Positions 44,147-52,780 of a stretch of DNA of 64,000 nt are shown here, in pieces. This stretch comes from a virus: positions 1 through 64,000 of IMG/VR virus record IMGVR_UViG_3300045738_002140. The stretch is one strand, 5' to 3'. Position numbers and translations under genes: made by a program. Each line of letters starts with the position of its first letter. Positions within the stretch are counted from its first letter, which is position 1. The notes under the pieces were generated by a model. That model was not told where the DNA came from, ran no database searches, and worked only from the letters and a program-made list of their open reading frames with translations.

Positions 44147-44473
44147 TTACTCTCCCCGGCTAAGAGTTTTGCCGTAGTCAATCAGGTAAAGGTCGTGCGT
44201 TGCCGCCGCAGTCTCGTCGATGATGTCTGCAAATTCAAACATCTCAATCGCTGGCATGTTGTTCTCGCCGTACTTACCGGCTGGCAAGTCCGAATACTTC
44301 GGCACAACGCCTTCGCGGAGCAACGCAATCTTCTTTGCGCTATCTCTGTTGTTCATGGCCTCCATGCCATCATTGGACAGGTCGAGTTCTTTGACTCTTG
44401 TCTGTGTTTCTGCGATATTTTTTTCAAGTCGCTTGATATGGTTGCTAAAAGCAATTTCTGTTTTGTTGTTCAT
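44147..44473 (-). CDS. Hypothetical protein
   Basis: 108-aa ORF in the operon; N-terminal coiled coil. Confidence 0.6.
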   Translation of the reverse strand: MNNKTEIAFSNHIKRLEKNIAETQTRVKELDLSNDGMEAMNNRDSAKKIALLREGVVPKYSDLPAGKYGENNMPAIEMFEFADIIDETAAATHDLYLIDYGKTLSRGE

Positions 44474-44483
44474 AAATTATTGG

Positions 44484-45251
44484 TTAAACCGTTCTTACCC
44501 CTCTCTTTGAGACCACTTTTGTCGCACACTCATTGGCGTAGTTTATCGCTGTTTCTGCATCACCCACCCTTGTCATGGATACTGCTAGTGCAGCTAGGAA
44601 TGTGTCTCCTGCGCCCGACAAATCTTGAGTGACTACTTTCTCTGGTGGCGGATATATTTTACCCATATATTTGCACCCTTTATGCCCTAGGGTTACAATT
44701 ATTTGGTCTGGCCTAGTATAAGTTGATGTCTCCGCTCTGTCTGGTATTAAGTGGTGCCTTAAGTGGGGATTAACTTCAAGCTCGTGCTCGTTTATTTTTA
44801 GAAACTTCAAATTAACAGGCAAATCACAGCGGAGTTTAACTTTGTTGCTATCTAAATAAACATTATCATGATATTGGCATATATCCCTAATGCCACACCT
44901 GCGAAGAAATCCCTTGCCGTAGTCTGAAACTAAAACTGCATCATATTCGCCCCAAGGTACATTTTTGTAACTAAACTCGTCTTCAGCGGCGTCATTTTCG
45001 TCTATTCGAAGTAACATTTGATTTGTTTTAATGTCCACATACCTAGTCTTAAGTATTTCATTAGACTGAGTGATCAGGTCGCATTCTACTCCAAGCGCTT
45101 TTACATTTGCTTGCACATTGGCCGCCATGCCGCCATTGGTTTTCTCTTTTACAGGGACAAATACCGGGACAGGAGCCTCTGGGCACATCCTGTCACATTT
45201 GCCGTAAATAAATATGTCTTTGCAGCTATCTCCTATTGCTAGAAATTTCAT
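44484..45251 (-). CDS. PfkB-family sugar kinase, HldE/RfaE kinase-domain-like
   Basis: IGDSCKD..YG...R..PEAPVPV, GGMAANV, KTR, SDYGKG, DLSGAGDTF. Confidence 0.88.
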   Translation of the reverse strand: MKFLAIGDSCKDIFIYGKCDRMCPEAPVPVFVPVKEKTNGGMAANVQANVKALGVECDLITQSNEILKTRYVDIKTNQMLLRIDENDAAEDEFSYKNVPWGEYDAVLVSDYGKGFLRRCGIRDICQYHDNVYLDSNKVKLRCDLPVNLKFLKINEHELEVNPHLRHHLIPDRAETSTYTRPDQIIVTLGHKGCKYMGKIYPPPEKVVTQDLSGAGDTFLAALAVSMTRVGDAETAINYANECATKVVSKRGVRTV

Positions 45252-45658
45252 TTTAATTTATTTATACACACTTTTTTTCTGAGGGCTGAGGTTGACCAGT
45301 CATGGCTTCTCCTATGATAATATATATCAATGTTCAAAAAATCTCCAGTAAATTTTTTTCCTTCATAGTCGCTTCCTAGTATTCTGATGTCTGGCTCGAG
45401 TATTTTGAGCCATTCTATTAGTTCTTTTTCTGTGTTGTATACTACGACTTCGTCAACATAGCGTATCGCTTCAAGCTGAATCATTCTCTCGGGAAAAGAT
45501 TGTATGGGTTTGTTTTTTTCTGGCCTGTCTATGGTGGGGTCTGTCTGTAGCGCAACGATAAGGTGGTCACACTGAAGGCAGGCGTCTTTTAGCATCAGGC
45601 AATGACCCGCGTGCAGCATGTCGAAGCAGCTGGCAACTATACCAACCTTAGTGCTCAC
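45248..45658 (-). CDS. Cytidylyltransferase-like protein (TagD / glycerol-3-phosphate cytidylyltransferase family)
   Basis: FDMLHAGH, DPT.DRP.KNKP, YVDEV, GSDY, R.H.WSTS. Confidence 0.88.
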   Translation of the reverse strand: MSTKVGIVASCFDMLHAGHCLMLKDACLQCDHLIVALQTDPTIDRPEKNKPIQSFPERMIQLEAIRYVDEVVVYNTEKELIEWLKILEPDIRILGSDYEGKKFTGDFLNIDIYYHRRSHDWSTSALRKKVCINKLK

Positions 45659-45685
45659 TTTTTTCCTTGTATATTATTCATATTA

Positions 45686-45759
45686 TGGAGCGAGCGAAGG
45701 GGATCGAACCCTCATCAAGAGCTTGGAAGGCTCCCGCACTACCGTTGTGCTACACTCGC
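45686..45759 (-). tRNA. tRNA-Gly (anticodon UCC)
   Basis: GCGAGTGTAGCACAACGGTAGTGCGGGAGCCT-TCC-AAGCTCTTGATGAGGGTTCGATCCCCTTCGCTCGCTCCA; full cloverleaf, U73, encoded CCA. Confidence 0.95.
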
Positions 45760-46190
45760 TATATTTTTTTAAGTCCTGTGTATTCTGAGGAGGAGCGAAT
45801 CTTTTGTCCTAGTCCATCAACCATTTCTATTTTTAATTCTTTGCATACTTTTGCTTCTGGTATTTCTTCTTCTGTTCTGTCTCCTCCATTAGCAAAAATA
45901 TCAGGCTTGCATAGCCTGAGCGATTCGCAAACTGTTTGGTCTTCGTCAACAGCAAGGAATGCTTCGTCTACGCACCTGAGGGCACGGACTATCTTAAGGC
46001 GATCCTCTTCTTTCATAAATGATTTACCTTTCTTTAGGGAAGCCTGTTTGTCTGTGTTAACTATGACTACGAGCTTAGTAAAGAAGGGCTTGTCTCCTAA
46101 GGCTGCTGCTTGTTCAAGATATTCTAGGTGTCCCACGTGGAGGGGGTCAAAGTAGCCGCTTACTGCGATGGTTATAAGTCTTGCTTCCAT
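45759..46190 (-). CDS. Nucleotidyltransferase (HIGH / cytidylyltransferase family, RfaE domain II-like)
   Basis: SGYFDPLHVGHLEYL, VNTD...KKG, PDIFANGGDR, SSS; start taken at MEARL. Confidence 0.88.
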   Translation of the reverse strand: MEARLITIAVSGYFDPLHVGHLEYLEQAAALGDKPFFTKLVVIVNTDKQASLKKGKSFMKEEDRLKIVRALRCVDEAFLAVDEDQTVCESLRLCKPDIFANGGDRTEEEIPEAKVCKELKIEMVDGLGQKIRSSSEYTGLKKI

Positions 46191-46195
46191 AATGT

Positions 46196-47293
46196 TCACG
46201 CTACGTCTTTCACTATTGAATCTATAGTTGCGTTTGTTACTTGAGGCATGCAGATGAGGTGGGCGGTGTTCTTCTCTACTGCTAGTTTCCATTTTCTGCT
46301 AATTTTTTCATCTGGCCTAGGGAAAACTACTGTAATCGCGTGGTCATTTTTCCAAGCTTTCACCCCTGCTTCGTTAAACTTTGAAACAGCATACTCTGCG
46401 GTTCTTGTGCACCGCCTGACTATTCTTTTGAAGCCGTTGAAGCCGTGTTTTTTTATAGCATACCATAAGAGAATGGGGGTGAACCCATTTCTCGAGCCGC
46501 TGAGTGTACTGTCTAATGAGCCCACATACTCTACATCCCTAGAAACCCTGCCGACGTTACTTTTAAGTGCAAGAACTACGCCGCAGGGAATAGGCGAACC
46601 TATAAATTTGTGTCCACTTATGGATATGCTTTGAACCCCTGTTGTAAAATCAAATTTAGGAGAGCCCTCAATGAAGGGCAGCGTCATCCCTGCTAGGGCC
46701 GCATCAACATGTATATAATATTCCGGTATTGCTAATTGTTCTAGTACCTTTTTTATTTCTGTTATATCGTCGAACCCCTCTTTCATTGTCGTGCCTATGT
46801 TTGCAAAAATAACAGGAGGTGCAGAGCGCCAAGTGGAGAGCATGTTCCTGAAGTCGTCATAATCCATTTCTCCGTTACGTCTTGATTTAATCATGACGTT
46901 TTCCATGTTCAATACCCTTATGTTTTTGCTCACGCTATAGTGGGTGTCTTGGGAATAGTAGACTACCCCCTTGGGGTAAAGTTCCCTAGCTAAGTAAAGT
47001 CCATATAAATTGCCTTCCGTTCCACCATTGGTAACATATCCCCAGTAATTATCAGAAGGAGCGTTGTGAAGCTCTGCGAACCAATGCAGCACCTCTTGTT
47101 CGAATTCTCTGGAGTCTAGCCCATAGTAGCTTGAGGAAAATGGGTCTCCTACATTGTTAAGGGGGATAGACAAAAAATCAGATAGCTCAGAATAATCAAA
47201 AGAAGTATTTACAGGGTATCCTATAAACTTTTCTTTTTCTTCCTTCAAGCTTTCGTAAAACTTTTTAAGTTTTTTTATATCTGATTTGTTCAT
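46196..47293 (-). CDS. Group II PLP-dependent decarboxylase (histidine/serine decarboxylase family)
   Basis: GYP.N..FDY, NNVGDPF, WGYVTNGGTEGN, HYS, HVDAAL, SGHKFIGSPIPCG (PLP lysine), GSRNG. Confidence 0.92.
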   Translation of the reverse strand: MNKSDIKKLKKFYESLKEEKEKFIGYPVNTSFDYSELSDFLSIPLNNVGDPFSSSYYGLDSREFEQEVLHWFAELHNAPSDNYWGYVTNGGTEGNLYGLYLARELYPKGVVYYSQDTHYSVSKNIRVLNMENVMIKSRRNGEMDYDDFRNMLSTWRSAPPVIFANIGTTMKEGFDDITEIKKVLEQLAIPEYYIHVDAALAGMTLPFIEGSPKFDFTTGVQSISISGHKFIGSPIPCGVVLALKSNVGRVSRDVEYVGSLDSTLSGSRNGFTPILLWYAIKKHGFNGFKRIVRRCTRTAEYAVSKFNEAGVKAWKNDHAITVVFPRPDEKISRKWKLAVEKNTAHLICMPQVTNATIDSIVKDVA

Positions 47294-47369
47294 GGCACTC
47301 TCGCTGGGACTCGAACCCAGAACCCTCTGTTTAGAAGACAGATGCTCTATCCAATTGAGCTACGAGAGC
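47293..47369 (-). tRNA. tRNA-Arg (anticodon UCU)
   Basis: GCTCTCGTAGCTCAATTGGATAGAGCATCTGTCT-TCT-AAACAGAGGGTTCTGGGTTCGAGTCCCAGCGAGAGTGCCA. Confidence 0.95.
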
Positions 47370-47378
47370 ATAATCTTC

Positions 47379-48467
47379 TTAGAACTTTTTGAGGGTTTCT
47401 CTAAATTTATGAAATAAATATTTTCCTATCTCTTTGTTCTCCTCAAGGTATTTGCTAAAATTGTCTATGCCTTGGTGCTGTTTTCTGAACTCTAGTTCTG
47501 TTTTTTCTTTAACTTCTTCTATTATCTCGTCTGAGATGGTCACCCATGCCCCTTTGGCTGTGGCCATCCCCCACATAAGCATCATGTCTGCCACTTCTTT
47601 TTCTACCCAAATACTTTTTCCGTTTTTTCTTTCGTATCGAATGGGGTATCTTACGCCCACTCCTGTTTTTTCATTAGGGGTTTTCCTGAAAATAACTTTG
47701 CACCAATGACCAAGCTTGTCCCCTTTTCCGTTCGGCTGGGTAGAAATAATATCTTTAAGATAGCGTGGTTGAAACTCTAAAATCCAATCACTGTAATGCA
47801 ACATAGCGTTACCTCCGGATGCATTCGTCACTTGAGGGTCGGACTTTTCATAGGGATTAATTTTGATTGTGCTTCTTACTTGGGATATCATGTAGCAAAT
47901 GTGGCCTCTGGTTGATAAGCCGAGGGCCATTCTCCTAAGGAAGTCAGAGCTCAGTAGTGCGCCCCCGCCTACTTTTAGGGCCTCTTCTGATCCTTTTTCT
48001 AAGTCTCCACGAGGGATGAGGGAATCCATGGAATCTATGATAAACATATATCGAGTATCTGATGGGTTGTCTTTGACCATCTGGCGCATAAGGTTTATTA
48101 CTGTTTCATAAACATTAGATTTAAACACAAACCATTTCTCTGGGGAAGTGTCTATGCCCATTCTTTCTATAAGGTCTTGGGATAATCTTCCTTCCGCTTT
48201 CACGTAGATGACCATGCTGTTTTCCATCTTCTGAAAGTTCTTGGCGAAGGCGAGACCACAGGAGGTTTTCCCCCCCTCGGTGACTCCTGTGGCTCGCACA
48301 ACGCCGGGCTTTATCCCGCCCCCCATTTCGATATCTAGCAAAAGACTTCCGCTAGATACCGCATAGATTCTTTCTTCTTCAAAATTATAATGATCCCCTT
48401 TATGCTGTTCAAGGTACGCGTCGATTTGCTGGAGGGGCGTAATATTATCTGTTTTCTTTTTTGTCAT
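47379..48467 (-). CDS. recA: RecA/UvsX-like recombinase
   Basis: SSGSLLLDIEMGGG..PG, GGKTS, IIDSMDSL, ISQVR, SGGNA..HYS. Confidence 0.88.
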   Translation of the reverse strand: MTKKKTDNITPLQQIDAYLEQHKGDHYNFEEERIYAVSSGSLLLDIEMGGGIKPGVVRATGVTEGGKTSCGLAFAKNFQKMENSMVIYVKAEGRLSQDLIERMGIDTSPEKWFVFKSNVYETVINLMRQMVKDNPSDTRYMFIIDSMDSLIPRGDLEKGSEEALKVGGGALLSSDFLRRMALGLSTRGHICYMISQVRSTIKINPYEKSDPQVTNASGGNAMLHYSDWILEFQPRYLKDIISTQPNGKGDKLGHWCKVIFRKTPNEKTGVGVRYPIRYERKNGKSIWVEKEVADMMLMWGMATAKGAWVTISDEIIEEVKEKTELEFRKQHQGIDNFSKYLEENKEIGKYLFHKFRETLKKF

Positions 48468-48838
48468 TTTTTCTTAATCATGAATTCCATCAGGTTGGAC
48501 GGGGGGAGCTTGACTTCTGCGTCTTCTCCGATTTTTGTAGCATTAAGTTTAACTTCTGCTATTTTTTGAAGTGGAGCTTGGGCCCCTTTCATCTTCTGAG
48601 AGTGTTGACATAGGGACATGTTCCCCTCTGTTGTCAGAAACCAAGAAAGAGACGTGGGCCTTTCTTCGATGTATAGGGTTTTCCAGAACTTTTTTTCTGG
48701 GAATTTTTGGAGTAGCTTTTTGGCTATTTTAATTTCTTTTGGCCAATTTATGTTGTTCGCAGAATCGTCCCACCTAGTTTTGGAGACCAGCTTAGATACT
48801 ATCATTTTGCATTTTTGATGATTTGTTAGTTCAGCCAT
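48464..48838 (-). CDS. Hypothetical protein
   Basis: 124-aa ORF overlapping its neighbours in the operon. Confidence 0.65.
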   Translation of the reverse strand: MAELTNHQKCKMIVSKLVSKTRWDDSANNINWPKEIKIAKKLLQKFPEKKFWKTLYIEERPTSLSWFLTTEGNMSLCQHSQKMKGAQAPLQKIAEVKLNATKIGEDAEVKLPPSNLMEFMIKKK

Positions 48839-49880
48839 CTAGTAGTCCTATGTCATATAGTACCATAGTTTTAACCAGATTGTCAAATGAAACTTTGGGT
48901 TTCCAGCCTAGTTCCTCGCGTATTGGGGAGGAGTCTCCAAGCAGAAGCTCTACGTCTGCTGGCCTATAAAACTTTTTGTTTATTTTCAACAAAGTGACTG
49001 AATCAGTGTTGCTTTCTTCATTTAGATTATAAGTTTCATTTAGGCCTTCCCCTTGCCAGTGGCCGTATATGTTGGCCGTTTCAAAGGCAAGCTCTACGAA
49101 TTCTCTGATCGAGTGCGCTTCTCCGCTTGACAGTATATAATCTTTAGGTTTGTCTTGGTTAAGCATTAGCCAAACACCTTCAACAAAGTCTCTGCTGTCG
49201 CTCCAGTCTCGCTTTGCGTCTAGGTTGCCGAGCTCTAACGGGGTGATTGATTCTCCGTTTTCTATTTGTTTGTTTATTCTTGCGACCGATTTAGTTATCT
49301 TTCTTGTCACAAACTCCTCGCCCCTTTTTGTCCCTTCGTGATTAAATAGAATGCCATGAATGGCATACAGGTTGTGGGACTCCTTGTAAACTTTGACTAA
49401 GTGTCTTGCTGCAGCCTTAGATGCACCGTATGGGCTTCTGGGTTTTATGGGGTGGTTTATGTCTTGCGGAGAGTAGTCTACGTCCCCCCATTCTTCGCTG
49501 CTTCCTGCGCTGTAAAAGCGGCAGTTGTCCTTGAACTTACGAAGGCCCTCTAGGCATCTAAGGACACCTATGGCGTTCACGTCCATGACTTGAAACGGCA
49601 TGTCCCAGCTGCAGCCAACGAAAGAGTTGGCCGCAAAGTTAACAAGGTAATCTGGTTGTATATCTTTTATAAGCCGGTCTATGCTAACGTCGTCAGAAAG
49701 ATCTCCATAAACAAGATGGAAATTAGCGTGGTCTTTAAAGGCTTGTATGTTGACGAAGTTAGGGTTAGCACTTCTGCGCATCATGCCGTAAACTTTTACG
49801 TCGGACACGTCTTGGAGTAGGTACTCCGCCATATTTGCCCCGTCTTGTCCGAGTATGCCTGTTATCAGTGCTTTTTTCAT
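48831..49880 (-). CDS. gmd: GDP-mannose 4,6-dehydratase
   Basis: KKALITGILGQDG, PRSPYGASK, GILFNHE...RGEEFVTRKI, LGNLDAKRDW, FYRPADVELLLGD. Confidence 0.95.
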   Translation of the reverse strand: MKKALITGILGQDGANMAEYLLQDVSDVKVYGMMRRSANPNFVNIQAFKDHANFHLVYGDLSDDVSIDRLIKDIQPDYLVNFAANSFVGCSWDMPFQVMDVNAIGVLRCLEGLRKFKDNCRFYSAGSSEEWGDVDYSPQDINHPIKPRSPYGASKAAARHLVKVYKESHNLYAIHGILFNHEGTKRGEEFVTRKITKSVARINKQIENGESITPLELGNLDAKRDWSDSRDFVEGVWLMLNQDKPKDYILSSGEAHSIREFVELAFETANIYGHWQGEGLNETYNLNEESNTDSVTLLKINKKFYRPADVELLLGDSSPIREELGWKPKVSFDNLVKTMVLYDIGLLDG

Positions 49881-49882
49881 GA

Positions 49883-50836
49883 CTAAAACTGTGGCCCCTC
49901 TTGTTCTTCCCCTTTGTCTGTTAGATATTTATTTATGGGGCCGATGTAGTCTGTTTCGGTTTGTTCTTTGTCTTTCGTATCTAAGTATATCCTAAAGCTC
50001 CAGTTAATTCTATTTTTATCTATTTCTTTAACAAAGTCTTGCCCTAGTACTTTGTATCTAAAGTAGTCTTTGAGGTTTACTTCTAGGTCGACGGCGTTTA
50101 TAAACTCGTCAGAAAAATCATTTTTTCTATAAAAATCTTCTAAGGAATCTAAAGTAGAAAGGTCTAGCCCCAGCGCCTTTTCGCAGTGAAGCCTAAACCT
50201 GAGTCGATTTGCTTCGTGAAAGTTGTGGACCTCTTGACCGAACCTCCCGTAAAGTAATTGGCAGTGATTTGACCGACCATAGACATAGTAGTATTTGGCT
50301 GGGTGAGCAAGTGCCGGTATAGCTGGGTCATCAAATCGGTTGCTACGTATGCATTTTTGTTTCTCTTCTTCTTCAAAAAATAAAACCTTAGACACTATAC
50401 CCTGAAGCCCCCAATGTGGGTTTGGAAAGAAAAACATATGATCAAAATATTTTGCTAAATGAATTTTGCTGTTCATGTTGATTGCCCCTATATTGTTCGA
50501 GTCAAGTTCTTCAATTTGTTCCCTTAAGGACGCTGCCCATTCTATGTTTACTCTGTCTGGGGAGTCTGCCAGAACAAACCAGTCTCCGTTGGACATGGTG
50601 CCCGCCCTCATGAATTCGTTCATCTGGAAGTCGTGGTCGTTCGTCCATTTTCTTCTTACTATTTTGCCTTGTTTTTTTCTATCATTCAAAAGTTCGTAGG
50701 TTCCGTCTTTGGAGAAGCCGTCAGTAAATACTAAGCCATCGAAGTGTTCCATAACCTCTGGGTTAGTCATCTCTTCTATATCCTTCAGCCTGTCTTGGGT
50801 TATCCCGCATAGCCATAGCCTTGGTTTGTTAATCAT
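49883..50836 (-). CDS. Divergent GT-A/GT2-like protein
   Basis: DGFSKDGTYELL...W...H..Q.N......GDWFVLADSPDR. Confidence 0.6.
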   Translation of the reverse strand: MINKPRLWLCGITQDRLKDIEEMTNPEVMEHFDGLVFTDGFSKDGTYELLNDRKKQGKIVRRKWTNDHDFQMNEFMRAGTMSNGDWFVLADSPDRVNIEWAASLREQIEELDSNNIGAINMNSKIHLAKYFDHMFFFPNPHWGLQGIVSKVLFFEEEEKQKCIRSNRFDDPAIPALAHPAKYYYVYGRSNHCQLLYGRFGQEVHNFHEANRLRFRLHCEKALGLDLSTLDSLEDFYRKNDFSDEFINAVDLEVNLKDYFRYKVLGQDFVKEIDKNRINWSFRIYLDTKDKEQTETDYIGPINKYLTDKGEEQEGPQF

Positions 50837-51590
50837 AATTTAAATTTGGTTTTTGTTTGTTGTGTTTTTCGTAATAGTTTTCGTTAAACTCTAGCTCGCT
50901 CGTGTCGTAGTTCCATAGATAGCTGCAGAAATCCTCTCCCCATCTGTATTTTTGGTATTCGCATTTCATTTTGCTTGTTTCATTATTGAGCCAAGTCATG
51001 TGCCTTATGTGGGCTATGTGTCTGGGAATTTCTAGGTGCGACGTGACTTTATAATCTGAACCATCATTGTAAATAACATCGTCGTCATAATAAAGTCGAT
51101 CAATCCCGCCATTGCACTTCATGTTAAATATCCTTGGTGGGCAAAAGCCGTCCACCCAAGTGTTGTCATTAAATAGGTAGTTCTTAAAGTTTATACTAAA
51201 CCAAGTTATAAATTTATTGAATTCAACGAACTTTATTATTTGTTTAATTTGATCCACCGTGTAGATCTCATCTAGCCCCAGTAGCCACATGTAATCGACG
51301 TCTTGTTTTTTAAGGTAATCTAGGCATATACTCTTTGAGTCTGCTTCGTCTAGTGGCTTTCTCTCTATGTGTAAAAAATCAATAATTTTTTCGTCATTGA
51401 GTTCTTTGAGTATTGACTCGGTATCGTCTGAGGACTTAGGTGGAAAACCAAGCTCTTGGTTCTCTTTAAAGCATACGTGTACGACGCTAATGGTCGTGTC
51501 TGATTCTTCTTTAAATTCGCCCCAAGGCCTAAGGGCTTCTTCTAAATACTCTGCGCAGTTATAAGCTGAAGATATTATTCCTATTTTCAT
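50829..51590 (-). CDS. Divergent GT2-like glycosyltransferase
   Basis: ISSAYNCAEYL, SSDDTESIL, DYMWLLGLDEIY, PPRIF. Confidence 0.65.
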   Translation of the reverse strand: MKIGIISSAYNCAEYLEEALRPWGEFKEESDTTISVVHVCFKENQELGFPPKSSDDTESILKELNDEKIIDFLHIERKPLDEADSKSICLDYLKKQDVDYMWLLGLDEIYTVDQIKQIIKFVEFNKFITWFSINFKNYLFNDNTWVDGFCPPRIFNMKCNGGIDRLYYDDDVIYNDGSDYKVTSHLEIPRHIAHIRHMTWLNNETSKMKCEYQKYRWGEDFCSYLWNYDTSELEFNENYYEKHNKQKPNLNYD

Positions 51591-52780
51591 TATACTTGGT
51601 TTAAATAATCTGTTAGGTTTAGTATCTGGTCTTCTGACACTTGGCTGTGGAGTCCTACATATAATCCATTTTTGTGCAAATATTCTGCGTTCTTGAAGAG
51701 CTTGTAGTCTTCGTATTGCTTATAGCAGGTATGTCTTAGTATGTTGCCGCTAATTATTGGTCTGTATTCTATGTTTTTTTCTTTAAGATAATTTTTTATT
51801 AATTTTGATTTTCTTTTTTTGGATATAATTGGTAGACAAAACGGGACATTAACCCTATCGTTTACGTTGTCTGGCAATAGGTATTTACTTACGTCTAGGT
51901 TGGACGAATAGGTATTGTATAATTGTAGCCTATCGTAAGCATAGTCGTATATTCTCTTGAAATCTAAAAGCCCCATGAACGCCGCAATGTTTGTGCTTCT
52001 GTAGTTCCCACCGAGGGTATTAAAATCAAATGATGGATCGACTAGTTTGTTTGATAGGATTTTGGCATAGTCTTTAGACAAGTCGTATCTGTTGAGCTCT
52101 CTCGTAAGGCCATGACTCCTACCTAAAACATAAAAGACAAACTCCTCCTCGTCATTAGTGAAGATCATTCCTCCTTCTGATCCCGTGGTGGTCTGGTGGC
52201 CAAAGTATACGGAGGTGGAGGACGTCGGGCCAGAGCACACGTGTCTGTAGTCGTAGATATCTTCGTCGTAATATGAGCCAAAAGAGTTTTCGCAATTGTC
52301 TAGTTTTAATTGTACGCCGTACTTTTTGCATATGTTTTCGGCGCGAGGTATGTCTGGGGTAAGCCCTATAAGCGAAGTAAGGAAAACTGTATTTACTGAG
52401 TGGTTTTTAGCTTTAAGATAGTTTTCTAGTAGGTCTAGGTCAATAGAAAAATCTTTTAAATTTATATCAATAAATTTTGGTGTGAACCCATTGTTTATCC
52501 AAGGGCTAATAGAGGTTTGCCAAGTGACAGAGGGAAAAACTACTATTGGTTTTTTGGGATTAAGCCTCTTGGCGTATTGAGCTATCAATTCGTTGGCCGT
52601 GGACCCGCTGCTGACCATGAGTGCGTATTTAGATTTAGTATATTCTTTCCATCCCTCTTCATACTTTAGGACGTACTTGTCTTGAGTCCACCTGTTTGAT
52701 GGGTTAAGAAAAAATTTACAAATTTTAAGTCTATCTGACCAAGTAAAATTAGAATCATTTAAATGCCAGTTAAACTTCAT
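51590..52780 (-). CDS. DegT-family PLP enzyme, ColD/E1-type 3-dehydratase-like (His in place of the catalytic Lys)
   Basis: VSSGSTAN, PSVTWQT, DNCENSFG, SVYFGHQTTTGSEGGM, RSHG, YRPIISGN. Confidence 0.8.
   Translation of the reverse strand: MKFNWHLNDSNFTWSDRLKICKFFLNPSNRWTQDKYVLKYEEGWKEYTKSKYALMVSSGSTANELIAQYAKRLNPKKPIVVFPSVTWQTSISPWINNGFTPKFIDINLKDFSIDLDLLENYLKAKNHSVNTVFLTSLIGLTPDIPRAENICKKYGVQLKLDNCENSFGSYYDEDIYDYRHVCSGPTSSTSVYFGHQTTTGSEGGMIFTNDEEEFVFYVLGRSHGLTRELNRYDLSKDYAKILSNKLVDPSFDFNTLGGNYRSTNIAAFMGLLDFKRIYDYAYDRLQLYNTYSSNLDVSKYLLPDNVNDRVNVPFCLPIISKKRKSKLIKNYLKEKNIEYRPIISGNILRHTCYKQYEDYKLFKNAEYLHKNGLYVGLHSQVSEDQILNLTDYLNQV

Noticed and set aside
45667-46155. 162-aa plus-strand ORF
   Set aside because: Antisense shadow of tRNA-Gly and the nucleotidyltransferase gene (ERAKGIEPS is a typical reverse-tRNA translation)
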